A stretch of DNA of 54,050 nucleotides from an uncultured Rickettsiaceae bacterium (lineage in GTDB: Bacteria > Pseudomonadota > Alphaproteobacteria > Rickettsiales > UBA6187), in the NCBI GenBank assembly GCA_964580525.1, contig CAZOKN010000008.1, positions 1-54,050 on the forward strand. Direction: 5' to 3'. This document shows, piece by piece, positions 1 to 10,080 of this stretch. Within the stretch, counting starts at the first letter, position 1. Each line of letters begins with the position of its first letter. The notes under the pieces were generated by a model, which did no database searches, was not told the origin of the DNA, and was given only the letters and a program-made list of their open reading frames with translations. The position numbers and the translations under genes are program-made.

Positions 1-1364
1 AGCTTCCATGGCGCTTGCTTGTCGATATATTCGTTAGCTTCTGAAGCAAATGCAACTATATGGCCAAGTATTGCATCAAACTTAAAATTATTGGTCAATT
101 CATCAATTTCATCTTGAATATCTTTAGTAACCTGAACCAATTCCAATAATTTTTTATCTTCTTCACTAATCGCTGAATTTTGACCACTAGGAACCACACC
201 ATCACAATTTTTTGCTATCATAGACAGCGTTCTCTGCGCTAAGTTTCCTACATTATTGGCCAGATCACTATTTATACGATCAATCATAGCATCGCGTGAA
301 AAATTACCATCATTACCAAACGGCACTTCCCGCATCAGAAAATATCTAGTCTGGTCACAGCCGAACTGATCTATCAGGTCTCTTGGCGCAATAACATTGC
401 CCAACGATTTAGACATTTTTTCGCCTTCAATCGTCCACCAGCCATGTGCTATGATTTTTTTCGGCAATGGCAAATCTGCCGCCATCAGGAAAGCTGGCCA
501 ATATACTGCATGAAAACGTACTATATCCTTACCCACAACATGAACAGGCGAACCTTCTGCATTCATCCAGTATTTCTTATATTGTTCAGATCCCATATCA
601 GGAAAACCAGCAGCAGTGAGATAATTAGTCAAAGCATCAAGCCAAACATACATAACATGTTTGTCGTCTCCAGGCACAGGAACACCCCAATTAAAGGTCG
701 TACGTGAAATTGATAGATCTTTTAGTGCACCTTCGACAAATTCCTTACCACCACGCACAAAGCTTACAACTTCGTTATATCTGGCTTTTGGAGTTATAAA
801 GTCAGGATTATTTTCATAAAATTCTAGCAATTTCCCTTGCCATTTTGATAAATCAAAAAAATAGCTCTCTTCTTCCACCCATTCAACATCTGCGCCAGTC
901 GGAGCAATTTTTTTACCGTCTTTTACAACAAGTTCCGATTCTTGATAATATGCCTCATCACGCACAGAATACCACCCACCATAAGTGGCTTTATAAATCG
1001 ACTGTGGATTTTTTTCCTTAATTCTATTCCATAAAGCCTGTGCAGCTTTTTTGTGCCTGGTTTCTGTTGTACGAATAAAATCATCGTTGGTAACATTAAG
1101 TAAATTAGCCCCTGTAGCCACTAAATCACGAAAACGTTGCGACACTTCATCAGTGAAAGCTTGTGGATCAATATCAGCATTTTTAGCCGCCTTATCAACC
1201 TTCTGACCATGCTCATCTGTTCCAGTTAAGAATTTTACATCATAGCCATCTAAACGCTTAAACCTCGCCATAACATCACAGGCAACAGTTGTATAGGCAT
1301 GGCCTATATGTGGTGAATCATTAACGTAATATATTGGCGTCGTAATATAAAAACTCTTAGTCAT
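1..1364 (-). CDS. metG: methionyl-tRNA synthetase, 3' end cut by the window edge (about 454 N-terminal codons present)
   Basis: Absent from the ORF track because there is no in-window stop. Manual reverse-complement translation from the ATG at 1364-1362 gives MTKSFYITTPIYYVNDSPHIGHAYTTVACDVMARFKRLDGYDVKFLTGTDEHGQKV (HIGH motif). KMSKSLG is encoded near 400-420, and ANEYIDKQAPWKL at the window start. Confidence 0.9.
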   Translation of the reverse strand, partial: MTKSFYITTPIYYVNDSPHIGHAYTTVACDVMARFKRLDGYDVKFLTGTDEHGQKVDKAAKNADIDPQAFTDEVSQRFRDLVATGANLLNVTNDDFIRTTETRHKKAAQALWNRIKEKNPQSIYKATYGGWYSVRDEAYYQESELVVKDGKKIAPTGADVEWVEEESYFFDLSKWQGKLLEFYENNPDFITPKARYNEVVSFVRGGKEFVEGALKDLSISRTTFNWGVPVPGDDKHVMYVWLDALTNYLTAAGFPDMGSEQYKKYWMNAEGSPVHVVGKDIVRFHAVYWPAFLMAADLPLPKKIIAHGWWTIEGEKMSKSLGNVIAPRDLIDQFGCDQTRYFLMREVPFGNDGNFSRDAMIDRINSDLANNVGNLAQRTLSMIAKNCDGVVPSGQNSAISEEDKKLLELVQVTKDIQDEIDELTNNFKFDAILGHIVAFASEANEYIDKQAPWK

Positions 1365-1503
1365 AAACCTATCTTATCAAAATCACAAAAATGGCGGCGA
1401 AGTATAACATCAAAGACTAACTATTACAATATTACTGATTATGTTGTAAGATATACACATTATTTGTAGTATATAAAAACAATTACAAGTAGTTAGAGAA
1501 ATT

Positions 1504-2535
1504 ATGAAAAACAGCTCAAATAAAATATTGATTTCTGACAATACCCTACAGATAGCTTCACATGTCATAGCTTTTGGTGCATTAATTGCAGTTCTAAAGC
1601 TTGATTTGCTAGCGGCTTTGATTTCAGGTTTATTGATATACCATCTGGTTTATATTTCTACCCAACCACTCAGCAAAATGGGTATAGATCTTACTTTAGG
1701 TAAGATGATTACACTAATTACAATCGCCATGATAGTTGTCGCTATAATCTTCTTTGGCGCCATGACGCTTGCCTCATTTTTTAATAGCGATTCCGGCGGC
1801 CTTATAGCTCTTTTAAAGAAAATGGCCGATATTATCGAAACAATACGTGGCCATCTGCCTGATTGGATGGAAGCCTATTTACCTAACAATGTCTCTGATA
1901 TGCAAGTATCAACATCAAAATGGCTACGTGAATATGCAGTACAACTTAGTCAAATGGGTAGAAGTGTTGGAATTTCTATAATTTATATATTAACTGGCCT
2001 CATAATAGGCGGCATGATTGCTTTTACAAATAAACATCATGAATTAAAGGTTAGACCTCTCACAAAATTTTTGACTCATAGAGCAGATATACTGCACAAT
2101 TCATTCAGCAATATTATTTTTTCTCAAATCAGAATATCTGCCATAAATACAGCTATTACAGCTATATTCCTAGTGGTTATCTTACCGCTTCTTGATATCA
2201 AATTACCTCTCACAAAAACTATGATTTTTGTAACTTTCGTCGCTGGCCTTTTACCTGTAATTGGCAATCTTATCTCAAATACTGTAATTGTTCTTATAAG
2301 CCTTAGCGTATCCCACTATGTTGCTTTTGGTTCACTGGCCTTTTTGGTTATCATCCATAAATTGGAATATTTCCTTAATGCCCATATCATTGGCAACAAA
2401 ATATCTGCTCGTGCCTGGGAAATATTACTAGCCATGTTGGTTATGGAGGCAGCTTTTGGTATAGATGGCGTTATTGCTGCACCAATTTATTATGCCTACC
2501 TTAAAGAAGAACTTTCTAAAAAAGGGTTGATATAA
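1504..2535 (+). CDS. AI-2E family transporter (PerM/YhhT-like, UPF0118) membrane protein
   Basis: 343-aa polytopic membrane protein. The C-terminal region (LLPVIGNLISNTVIVLISL ... IIHKLEYFLNAHIIGNKI) is typical of the AI-2E/UPF0118 family. Confidence 0.7.
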   Translation: MKNSSNKILISDNTLQIASHVIAFGALIAVLKLDLLAALISGLLIYHLVYISTQPLSKMGIDLTLGKMITLITIAMIVVAIIFFGAMTLASFFNSDSGGLIALLKKMADIIETIRGHLPDWMEAYLPNNVSDMQVSTSKWLREYAVQLSQMGRSVGISIIYILTGLIIGGMIAFTNKHHELKVRPLTKFLTHRADILHNSFSNIIFSQIRISAINTAITAIFLVVILPLLDIKLPLTKTMIFVTFVAGLLPVIGNLISNTVIVLISLSVSHYVAFGSLAFLVIIHKLEYFLNAHIIGNKISARAWEILLAMLVMEAAFGIDGVIAAPIYYAYLKEELSKKGLI

Positions 2536-2544
2536 AAAATCAAT

Positions 2545-3420
2545 CTAACCAAGGTTAATGCAATAACCAGAAGAATTTATATTGCTCACAGAAAATGGTG
2601 CTTCAGCACCAAAAAAGGCATATTCTTTCTTAGATTCAATCCACATATGGCAGGCCATTGCCATATCTCTTTTTTCTTTATACAAATCGCCAAGAATCTT
2701 CATGTAATTTGCTGTAACAAAACCTCTTTCGCCTTCTAGGTTATAAGACAAAGCTTCTTTGTAAAACTCTATAGCTTTGTCAATTTGGCCACCACCAGCA
2801 TAAAGTTCGCCCAAACGCTCGTATAATTCACCAGCATTAAATTCCGTTGAAATATTGGCAAAATTCTTCACAACATTAACAGCTTTAAGATAATTTCTTT
2901 CTGCATCTTCGAATTCAGCTTTATATTCATTGGTTTTTCCCAAAAGAAAATATGCTTGCGCAGTTAAAATATTGAAACCATTACGCTCAGATATTTCAAG
3001 AGATTTTTTTATATATTCTTTAGATTTTTGTGGCTCTTGTGTACTAGCCAATAGCAGATAAACCTTTACCTTTGCTTCGTCAGGTATTTTTTCTTCACCA
3101 AATTCCATTGCAGATAAAACCGACTGTTCAACCTGTAAATAATTCCCCAAACTATAATGCAGAAGAGCAAGGTTAATATAAGAATCAACAGCGCCTTCAA
3201 CATCATTGGCACCTTTGTAAGAAGCAATGGCTTTCTTATAATATTTTACAACTTCATAAGTCGCACTTGTGTTTCTATCTTCCAGGCTTTTTGCCATTCT
3301 ATAGTAATAATCACCTTTTATGGAATTGTCAGAAATGTAGAAATATACAGCGAAAAAGGCTACCAACAAAAAAGTTAGTTTGATGAACCATGAGAAAATT
3401 CTTCTGATATTCCTTTCCAA
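2545..3420 (-). CDS. membrane-anchored tetratricopeptide (TPR) repeat protein
   Basis: N-terminal TM helix (WFIKLTFLLVAFFAVYFYI) followed by repeated A/Y/L-rich 34-aa-like units (AIASYKGA..., AQAYFLLGK..., AIEFYKEAL...). Its start overlaps the holB 3' end by 46 nt. Confidence 0.6.
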   Translation of the reverse strand: MERNIRRIFSWFIKLTFLLVAFFAVYFYISDNSIKGDYYYRMAKSLEDRNTSATYEVVKYYKKAIASYKGANDVEGAVDSYINLALLHYSLGNYLQVEQSVLSAMEFGEEKIPDEAKVKVYLLLASTQEPQKSKEYIKKSLEISERNGFNILTAQAYFLLGKTNEYKAEFEDAERNYLKAVNVVKNFANISTEFNAGELYERLGELYAGGGQIDKAIEFYKEALSYNLEGERGFVTANYMKILGDLYKEKRDMAMACHMWIESKKEYAFFGAEAPFSVSNINSSGYCINLG

Positions 3421-4466
3421 AACGACGTTCCTTCCTTATCCAACAAGCCCAGTTCTTCAAAGATATTAATAACAACTGACTTTTTGTCTAAGTTGATACG
3501 CTCCACATCCCCCAACAAGGAGTTAACTTTTTCCCATATTTTAAAAAACTCTTCAAGTTGTTTTTCAACTATTGGTTCTATATTATTGGATTCAACATTA
3601 CCAATAGTTCCAGATGCCGCATAATCCCTTGCTATTCTGACCATCAGTAAATTCAATAAATATTTGAATGTATTCCACTTATTTACATTAATTTTCTGAC
3701 TTATTGATTCACCTAGCTTATGAACTAGCTCAAAATCAAATCCTTTTGGGCTTGAAAATATTTTTATCAATTCGTTATAAATTTTCAGCCCATCATTTTC
3801 ATAAAAATCAATCGCAACACCTGGCGAAAAATCAGCCAACTCAACAAGCTTTGCTATTTCGATAGGCGAGGCTTCCGGTAGAGAAGAATTAACCACACTT
3901 ATCGCATCATTTTTATCCAACGGAAAAACGTTAATCTTTCTACAACGTGATTTTATCGTAGTTAAAAGTGCTCCCGGTGAATGGCTTATTAAGATAAAGA
4001 AAGCCTTTGTTGGCGGCTCTTCCAGAAGTTTAAGCAACGAGTTTGCTGCATTATTGTTCATATCGTCAGCACTATCTATAATAACAACCCTATAGCCAGT
4101 TTCTGAAGATGTCATATGTAGGAAATCATTTATTTTACGAATATTATCAACCTTGATTTCGCTAGCATCTTCTTCTTTTTCAATAACCAATAAATCAGAA
4201 TGGTTGTTTGCCGCAACCTTCCTAAAAACCGGGTGGGTTTCAGACACATCATCCCTCACACCAGATAAAAGCATTCTTGCTATTTTATATGCTATTGTAG
4301 CTTTTCCAATACCTTTAGGCCCTGATAAAAGCCAACCATTAGGGATTTTTTTCGCATCAAATGCTTTAAGAAATATGTCTATGATAGGCTCATGTCCTAT
4401 CAGTCTAACATTTTCCCTTGGACTTAAAATCGGCAAATTTTCGACAATCTTCTTTTTCTTTTGCAT
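3375..4466 (-). CDS. holB: DNA polymerase III subunit delta prime
   Basis: GHEPIIDIFLKAF..KIPNGWLLSGPKGIGKATIAYKIARMLL Walker-A-like clamp-loader N-terminus, plus NSLLKLLEEPP and the SRC motif (TIKSRCRK). Confidence 0.85.
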   Translation of the reverse strand: MQKKKKIVENLPILSPRENVRLIGHEPIIDIFLKAFDAKKIPNGWLLSGPKGIGKATIAYKIARMLLSGVRDDVSETHPVFRKVAANNHSDLLVIEKEEDASEIKVDNIRKINDFLHMTSSETGYRVVIIDSADDMNNNAANSLLKLLEEPPTKAFFILISHSPGALLTTIKSRCRKINVFPLDKNDAISVVNSSLPEASPIEIAKLVELADFSPGVAIDFYENDGLKIYNELIKIFSSPKGFDFELVHKLGESISQKINVNKWNTFKYLLNLLMVRIARDYAASGTIGNVESNNIEPIVEKQLEEFFKIWEKVNSLLGDVERINLDKKSVVINIFEELGLLDKEGTSFWKGISEEFSHGSSN

Positions 4467-4490
4467 TTTATTTTTTGTCTTTTTGTTTAT

Positions 4491-5687
4491 ATGAAGTACA
4501 TTATGAACGAAATTAAAGGAAAAACACTATTTAACTTATTAAGAAAAATGCAAGATTATAAAAAAAATAGCAATCTTATTTCCCACTATAACAGCATGGT
4601 TGCAAGTAAAAAACTTGCCCACGACCAAGCACAACTTGAAGCGGTTGATAAATTATATTCACTACAACAAGCATTAGAAATTTATTATTTGGAAAAAAAT
4701 TCCAGTTTTTTTAATAAAATACTTTCGAATAAAAAATCCGAATCTATTCCAAAAGGAATGTATATTTATGGTGATGTTGGACGTGGTAAATCAATGCTCA
4801 TGGATATTTTCTTTGAAACATCACCAGTAGTAAAAAAACGCCGCGTACATTTTCATGCTTTTATGCTGGAAATCCATAAATCTCTACACATTTGGCGCAA
4901 TAAAAACAAAGATAAAGCTGGAGATGCAGATCCATTAATCCCATTGGCAAAAGATATAGCAAAAAAGGCCAACCTCTTATGTTTTGACGAACTTCAAGTA
5001 ACAGACATTGCGGATGCTATGATATTAGGGCGATTATTTGCTGAATTATTTGAAAATGGCGTTGTAATTGTAGCCACATCGAACCGACACCCTGATGAGC
5101 TATATAAAGACGGCCTGCAAAGAGATAGGTTCGTACCTTTCATTGATCTAATTAAAAGCAAAGTAAATATTTGTAAGCTAGAAGCAGCTCAAGACTACCG
5201 TTTAAGTCATCTAAAGGCCTTATCAACATTTTATTATACACCTCTGGATAAAAAATCTAATCAGTTTATGAAAGAAACCTTTTCTAGCCTTACCAATAAT
5301 TCGGAACCACAGCAAAGAACCCTTAATATTAGCGGTAGAACTCTCGTTTTAAGCAAAACCTATGGCGATATTGCTTGGGTAAATTTCTCTGAGCTTTGTG
5401 AGAAAGCCTTGGGAGCAGCTGATTATATCGAAATAGCGAAAGAATTTAGCACCGTTCTTATATCCGATATACCACAACTTAGTATTGATGGCAGAAATGA
5501 AGCCAAGAGATTTACAACCCTGATAGACGAACTTTATGAACATAAAGTAAAACTTATATGCACAGCCGAAGCAACTCCAGAAAATCTGTACAAGGCTGGG
5601 GATAACAGTTTTGAGTTTGAACGAACCGCATCACGATTGATAGAAATGCAATCAGAAAAATACCTTAAGGAAGCTCATATTTCCTAA
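4491..5687 (+). CDS. zapE: cell division protein ZapE (AFG1-like ATPase)
   Basis: YIYGDVGRGKSMLMD Walker A and LLCFDELQVTDIADAM Walker B, as in the AFG1/ZapE family. The track ORF starts at TTG 4461 and overlaps the holB start, so ATG 4491 (or 4503) is the more likely start. Confidence 0.8.
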   Translation: MKYIMNEIKGKTLFNLLRKMQDYKKNSNLISHYNSMVASKKLAHDQAQLEAVDKLYSLQQALEIYYLEKNSSFFNKILSNKKSESIPKGMYIYGDVGRGKSMLMDIFFETSPVVKKRRVHFHAFMLEIHKSLHIWRNKNKDKAGDADPLIPLAKDIAKKANLLCFDELQVTDIADAMILGRLFAELFENGVVIVATSNRHPDELYKDGLQRDRFVPFIDLIKSKVNICKLEAAQDYRLSHLKALSTFYYTPLDKKSNQFMKETFSSLTNNSEPQQRTLNISGRTLVLSKTYGDIAWVNFSELCEKALGAADYIEIAKEFSTVLISDIPQLSIDGRNEAKRFTTLIDELYEHKVKLICTAEATPENLYKAGDNSFEFERTASRLIEMQSEKYLKEAHIS

Positions 5688-5705
5688 TGAAAATATTTGG
5701 AAATA

Positions 5706-5744
5706 AAGAGGTAGCTTCTAAAAAATCATCTAGAGCTACCTCTT
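5706..5744. terminator. hairpin between convergent zapE and the OmpA-family gene (probable bidirectional terminator)
   Basis: aagaggtagc (5706-5715) is the exact reverse complement of gctacctctt (5735-5744). An inner tcta/taga pairing adds to the stem. Confidence 0.45.
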
Positions 5745-5750
5745 GTATTA

Positions 5751-6800
5751 TTAATATCCCTGATCTTCTAAATAGTATGTTTTGTCTTCATTAAGGAAGA
5801 TAATAGCAACGTAACGATTTCTAACGTCTTTTGCTATAAGCTCAGGATTAACGCGTGGGTTATTTTTTCCATAAGCCTTAACATCAAGAAGTGACGGACT
5901 AACACCAAAACGTTCAACAAGATAATCAGCTACTTTCTGAGCCCTTTTCATAGCAAGGCTCATATTGTAGTTATAAGAACCAGTTTTATCTGTATTGCCA
6001 GCAATAATAACTTTAGTAGGATTGAAAGTATCTATATCACGTGCTGCTTTAGCAATTATATTTTGTCCTGTAACTCCAATCTCAGTGCTATCATATTTGA
6101 AGAATATAATAGAAGGATCAGGCATCTTTGTAGTTAGATTAGACTTTCTTTCTGCCAACATGTCAAAAGTTTTAACCCTGTTTCTCTCCTGGATCTGAAC
6201 AGGATAAACGTTTTCATTTTCCAAGTCAGGCTGCACATACTGATCGTTACGCTCAACATAAACCATTGAAGGAACAGCAGCGGCAGCTTCTTTCTTTTTC
6301 ATATCATCAAGAGTATCAGCTATAATTTTTCTATTTTCTTCAAACTGAGGTCTGCAATTTTTATTTTTCTTTTGAGGATGCTCAGTTTCCTCTACCCAGC
6401 AATCAAAGAAAATCTGTGCTTTGGCTGTAGGCTCAGGAATTTGCTTCTTGATACCTTTTACAAATGCTGCCTCAAGGAAGTATTTTGCTCCCAAAAGTTC
6501 GTTCATCTTAGCAAGTTCTATATTCCTGTTATATAAAGGATCAATTTCAGGCTCGATACCATTCACTGTAGCCATCGCCTTTTGACCAAATCTCTTTGCG
6601 GCATCTTTATTACCGCGTGACCACTCATAGTCAGACATTTCTATATAGCCTGAACGCAGCCTCTCCAAAAAGGCTTTATCAGGGAAACTAGCACTACGTG
6701 CAGGGTTAATATCAGGGGTTTTTCCACCGTTTGACGCACATCCTGCAACAAATAGTAATACCAAACCAATTCCAGAAATTTTTCTTAAAAACATATTCAT
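5751..6800 (-). CDS. OmpA-family lipoprotein (C-terminal peptidoglycan-binding OmpA domain)
   Basis: Lipobox LLFVAGCAS. C-terminal NTDKTGSYNYNMSLAMKRAQKVADYLV...AYGKNNP matches the OmpA_C/MotB-like motif. Confidence 0.75.
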   Translation of the reverse strand: MNMFLRKISGIGLVLLFVAGCASNGGKTPDINPARSASFPDKAFLERLRSGYIEMSDYEWSRGNKDAAKRFGQKAMATVNGIEPEIDPLYNRNIELAKMNELLGAKYFLEAAFVKGIKKQIPEPTAKAQIFFDCWVEETEHPQKKNKNCRPQFEENRKIIADTLDDMKKKEAAAAVPSMVYVERNDQYVQPDLENENVYPVQIQERNRVKTFDMLAERKSNLTTKMPDPSIIFFKYDSTEIGVTGQNIIAKAARDIDTFNPTKVIIAGNTDKTGSYNYNMSLAMKRAQKVADYLVERFGVSPSLLDVKAYGKNNPRVNPELIAKDVRNRYVAIIFLNEDKTYYLEDQGY

Positions 6801-6942
6801 AATTCCTAATTAACACCGTTCATCTTTCTAGGATGACCGTATTACTCCTAACTTTTAGTTTTTTCAACAAATGATTGCTATCTTAAAATGAAAAGCGGCA
6901 CTAATTAAGCACCGCTTCCCTCAAAATAACTAAATCCCAAAT

Positions 6943-7509
6943 TTAAGCTGCTTCAAACTCCTGCTCATCATCCATATCGTCAACAGGTGAATCTTGGTTT
7001 GCAGCTTTACCTTTTCTTGCCTTCAAAATCTTCACTATATTGCTTGTAGCTTCCTCCAATGCAATTCCATTAACTGCAGCATATTCGCCTGCAAGACGCC
7101 CTAAAGCCGATTCATAAATAACCCTTTCGCTATAAGAACGATCAGGATCATCAACATTTTTGTGAAGATCACGTACAACTTCAGCGATGTATATAATATC
7201 GCCAGAATTGATTTTATTTTTATACTCTTGCTCTCTACGGCTCCACATACCACGACCAGGTTTTGCACGGCCTTTTAGTATCTCTATAGCCTTCTCAACT
7301 TCGTTATCATTGCTGAGAACACGTAAACCGGAAGCTTTAGCACGCCCAACAGGAACTCGTAAAGTCATCTTTTCTTTAGGAAAATCGATAACAAACATCT
7401 TAACTTCGTAGCCGGCAACTTTTTGACTTTCTTCATCAACAATCTGACCAACTCCGTGTGCAGGATATACAACTTTATTTCCTACTTTGAACTCAAACGC
7501 ATCTGCCAT
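6943..7509 (-). CDS. carD: CarD/CdnL family transcriptional regulator
   Basis: FKVGNKVVYPAHGVGQIVDEE...MTLRVPV is the CarD_TRCF RNAP-interacting domain signature. The C-terminal tail is acidic. Confidence 0.85.
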   Translation of the reverse strand: MADAFEFKVGNKVVYPAHGVGQIVDEESQKVAGYEVKMFVIDFPKEKMTLRVPVGRAKASGLRVLSNDNEVEKAIEILKGRAKPGRGMWSRREQEYKNKINSGDIIYIAEVVRDLHKNVDDPDRSYSERVIYESALGRLAGEYAAVNGIALEEATSNIVKILKARKGKAANQDSPVDDMDDEQEFEAA

Positions 7510-7640
7510 AACATACTCTCCAAAAACTGAATTTATCTAAAAACACCACCACTGAAAACCAGAGAGAGGCGCATTATATCACAAAAATTCAGGAAGATAA
7601 AGCGTTATGTTAACGGTTTGAGCCCATAAACAGCTGAAAA

Positions 7641-7671
7641 AGCAAAACCCCCGCAAAAAGCAGGGGTTTTT
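7641..7671 (-). terminator. rho-independent terminator downstream of the phasin gene
   Basis: On the minus strand the sequence reads aaaaacccctgctttttgcgggggttttgcttttt, a G/C stem followed by a T-run. It lies about 30 nt after the phasin stop. Confidence 0.55.
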
Positions 7672-7701
7672 CGAATATAAATAACCAAGTTTCTTTGGAA
7701 A

Positions 7702-8178
7702 TTAAGCAGCAGCTTCTTCTTTTTTCTTTTTAGAAGAAGATGCCCCAGCATTAGCGTTTGCCGCATTGCTAGCAAGCTCAGAAAGAACAGCCGTAACTCT
7801 CTTACTGATTATATCGTTAGCTTCGCCATTAGATTTTGCAGCCATTTCAAGCAATTCTTTTGAGTTTGAAAGAGCAGCTTCAATAGCAGATTTAGTGAAG
7901 TCAGCTTGTTTAGCAAGGCTTTCTTCGGGATTTTTAGCACAAGTTGAAATTTCTTTAACAAATTTCGAAACTTCTTCAGCACTCTTTTGAGCAATTTCAG
8001 CCTGACGACGAGAAACAGCCTGAGCACCCTCAGAAACTGCCTTAAAAGCATCAGAAAGTGCTTTTGCATTTAATCTTCCAGCCGCAACGACTTTTTCCCA
8101 ATCAGCAGATTCTGCGAATGGATTGCTGCCTGAAAACGCGGCAAATATATCAGCAAACGGGTTTTTATTATTAGACAT
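7702..8178 (-). CDS. phaP: phasin (PHA granule-associated protein, Phasin_2-like)
   Basis: 158-aa Ala/Glu/Lys-rich helical protein (RLNAKALSDAFKAVSEGAQAVSRRQAEIAQKSAEE...ELLEMAAKSNGEA) with the alphaproteobacterial phasin pattern. PHB genes and phaR lie in the same window. Confidence 0.7.
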   Translation of the reverse strand: MSNNKNPFADIFAAFSGSNPFAESADWEKVVAAGRLNAKALSDAFKAVSEGAQAVSRRQAEIAQKSAEEVSKFVKEISTCAKNPEESLAKQADFTKSAIEAALSNSKELLEMAAKSNGEANDIISKRVTAVLSELASNAANANAGASSSKKKKEEAAA

Positions 8179-8211
8179 AACTATCTATCTCCTAAGTTTA
8201 GCTTTCAAAAT

Positions 8212-8240
8212 TTTATACAACTAATGCTTATTGGTGTCAA
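8212..8240 (-). promoter_or_regulatory. sigma70-type promoter of the phasin gene
   Basis: Minus strand reads TTGACA (8240-8235), a 17-nt spacer ccaataagcattagttg, then TATAAA (8217-8212). An AGGAGA Shine-Dalgarno precedes the ATG at 8178. Confidence 0.5.
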
Positions 8241-8387
8241 CACTTTTTGTGCATCGCAACAAAAATGGATTTTTCAAAGTTTGATTGATTTAAGTTTAAA
8301 CAAGTTATATAAAATCTCGTGAAGTTTTATAACAATAGATGCGGTCACCTATAAATTGATCGTTTCACCCAGCAAGGTAACTTATAT

Positions 8388-8768
8388 ATGCTAAAGATCA
8401 AGAAGTTATTTGTATTATTCGTATCTGCAATTATTTTGTCTTTTTCATTTGCGTCTTTTGCTAATCAGGATACTCCTCTTATCATTATAAGGTTTAATCA
8501 AGATTTTGTTAAATACGAAAAATCCTTGCACAAATCAGTTTCTGCAGCCTTGCAAGTTAAACCATCAACCTTTTTTGATATAGTTTCCTTAGTTCCACAT
8601 GCCAATAAATCTGGCAAGGATAAAGAGGCTAGAAAAACTTCTGAAGCTCTAACTGCAAAAATTGTACAAAATATTAAGGGTTCAGGTGTTAGCGAGGATA
8701 AAATCCGCGTAACCTATCAAGATAATCCAGGGGTTCAAAGCCCTGAAATCCATATATTTGCTCGTTAG
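8388..8768 (+). CDS. hypothetical secreted protein
   Basis: 126-aa ORF with a signal peptide (LFVLFVSAIILSFSFASFA/NQ). No recognisable domain. Confidence 0.4.
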   Translation: MLKIKKLFVLFVSAIILSFSFASFANQDTPLIIIRFNQDFVKYEKSLHKSVSAALQVKPSTFFDIVSLVPHANKSGKDKEARKTSEALTAKIVQNIKGSGVSEDKIRVTYQDNPGVQSPEIHIFAR

Positions 8769-8772
8769 TTCT

Positions 8773-10080
8773 CTAAAAACTTTCCAGCTTGGACATTTTG
8801 ATATTGAGAGTTTTGGCTATCGCCTTTGCTTTTATCATGGTTTCTTCCCACTCATTTTCGGCGTTAGAATCATTGGTTATTGCACCACCAACCTGAAATT
8901 CAAACTTATCACCTGATATAATTATCGTTCTTATTACAACAGAAAGGTCGATTGAACCGTCACCACCAAACCAGCCTATACCGCCCGAATAAATACTTCT
9001 GGAAAGTTTCTCTAAATCTGAACAGATCTGGATAGCTTTAATTTTGGGTGCACCCGTCATGGATCCTGGCGGAAAACAGCCTTTAACAACATCTAAACTA
9101 CTGGCTGAGGGTAGTTTTTTACCTTTAATTGTTGAAGCCATATGATGCACTGTAGAATAAGATGTAACTTTATAAAGATTATCTGTTTTAACGCTACCCA
9201 GGACACAATTACGCGATAAGTCATTGCGCGATAAGTCTACAATCATAAGGTTTTCTGCCTTGTCCTTTTCGCTATTCTCGAGGGCAATTTTTGATTTCTC
9301 ATCCCTTTTCTTATCTTCAAATCTCGGTGCAGAACCTTTTATTGGCCTGGTATCAACATTGCCCTTTTCATCGATAAATAAAAATCTTTCCGGGCTTGAA
9401 GAGATAATACTATTTTCACCCCATCGCAAAAAGACGCTGTACGGAGAAGGACTAATTCCGGCAAGCCTGACAAATATATCAAAAGAATTATTATATCCCT
9501 GCAAATTACCATAAAATTTACGGGTTAAATTGGCTTGATAAACGTCACCATTACAAATATGCTTCTTGATCACTCCAACTTTTTCTAAATATTCGACTTT
9601 CGACATGTTGGAAGTAAGATTTTTAACCTCCCAATGCTCACCTTGATTATCGGTTTGTTCTTTCTGAGACAATAATAACAAAATATTTTCAATTTCCGAA
9701 TCTTCCGTTCCCCAAAATTCAACTTTTTTTGCCCTATGATCAAATTGCAATATAACACTATATTGCGCCATAAATAGATTAGGCATATCGATTATAGAAG
9801 GTAAATCGTGGGGTAATTTTTCAAGACAATTTTTCAGTCCATAACCAAGATAGCCAAACCAGGCATTAGTAAATTTTGTATTATTATGGGATAATTTAGT
9901 TTCAAACTCTTTAAAATCAGCAGAAACTATTTCCCTTTTTTTATTAAGAGCTAGTATTGAAAACTGGCCGCTAAATCCATGATCAAGGCCGGAATAAAGC
10001 AAAACAAAATTCTGCTTATCAGGAATTTTTTTGGCGGCAGTTAGAGGCTCTATCCAGTCAGCTGTTTTTATTAGGCGCAT
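8773..10080 (-). CDS. pabB: aminodeoxychorismate synthase component I
   Basis: Chorismate-binding family motifs (SSSPERFL, RPIKGS, MIVDLSRND, PPGSMTGAPK, SIYSGGIGWFG). It overlaps pabC and sits next to folBKP. Confidence 0.8.
   Translation of the reverse strand: MRLIKTADWIEPLTAAKKIPDKQNFVLLYSGLDHGFSGQFSILALNKKREIVSADFKEFETKLSHNNTKFTNAWFGYLGYGLKNCLEKLPHDLPSIIDMPNLFMAQYSVILQFDHRAKKVEFWGTEDSEIENILLLLSQKEQTDNQGEHWEVKNLTSNMSKVEYLEKVGVIKKHICNGDVYQANLTRKFYGNLQGYNNSFDIFVRLAGISPSPYSVFLRWGENSIISSSPERFLFIDEKGNVDTRPIKGSAPRFEDKKRDEKSKIALENSEKDKAENLMIVDLSRNDLSRNCVLGSVKTDNLYKVTSYSTVHHMASTIKGKKLPSASSLDVVKGCFPPGSMTGAPKIKAIQICSDLEKLSRSIYSGGIGWFGGDGSIDLSVVIRTIIISGDKFEFQVGGAITNDSNAENEWEETMIKAKAIAKTLNIKMSKLESF

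Noticed and set aside
444-707. An 87-aa plus-strand ORF, the only track ORF in the first 1.4 kb.
   Set aside because: The region is fully explained by metG on the minus strand (HIGH and KMSKS motifs found by manual translation). The plus-strand ORF is an antisense artefact.
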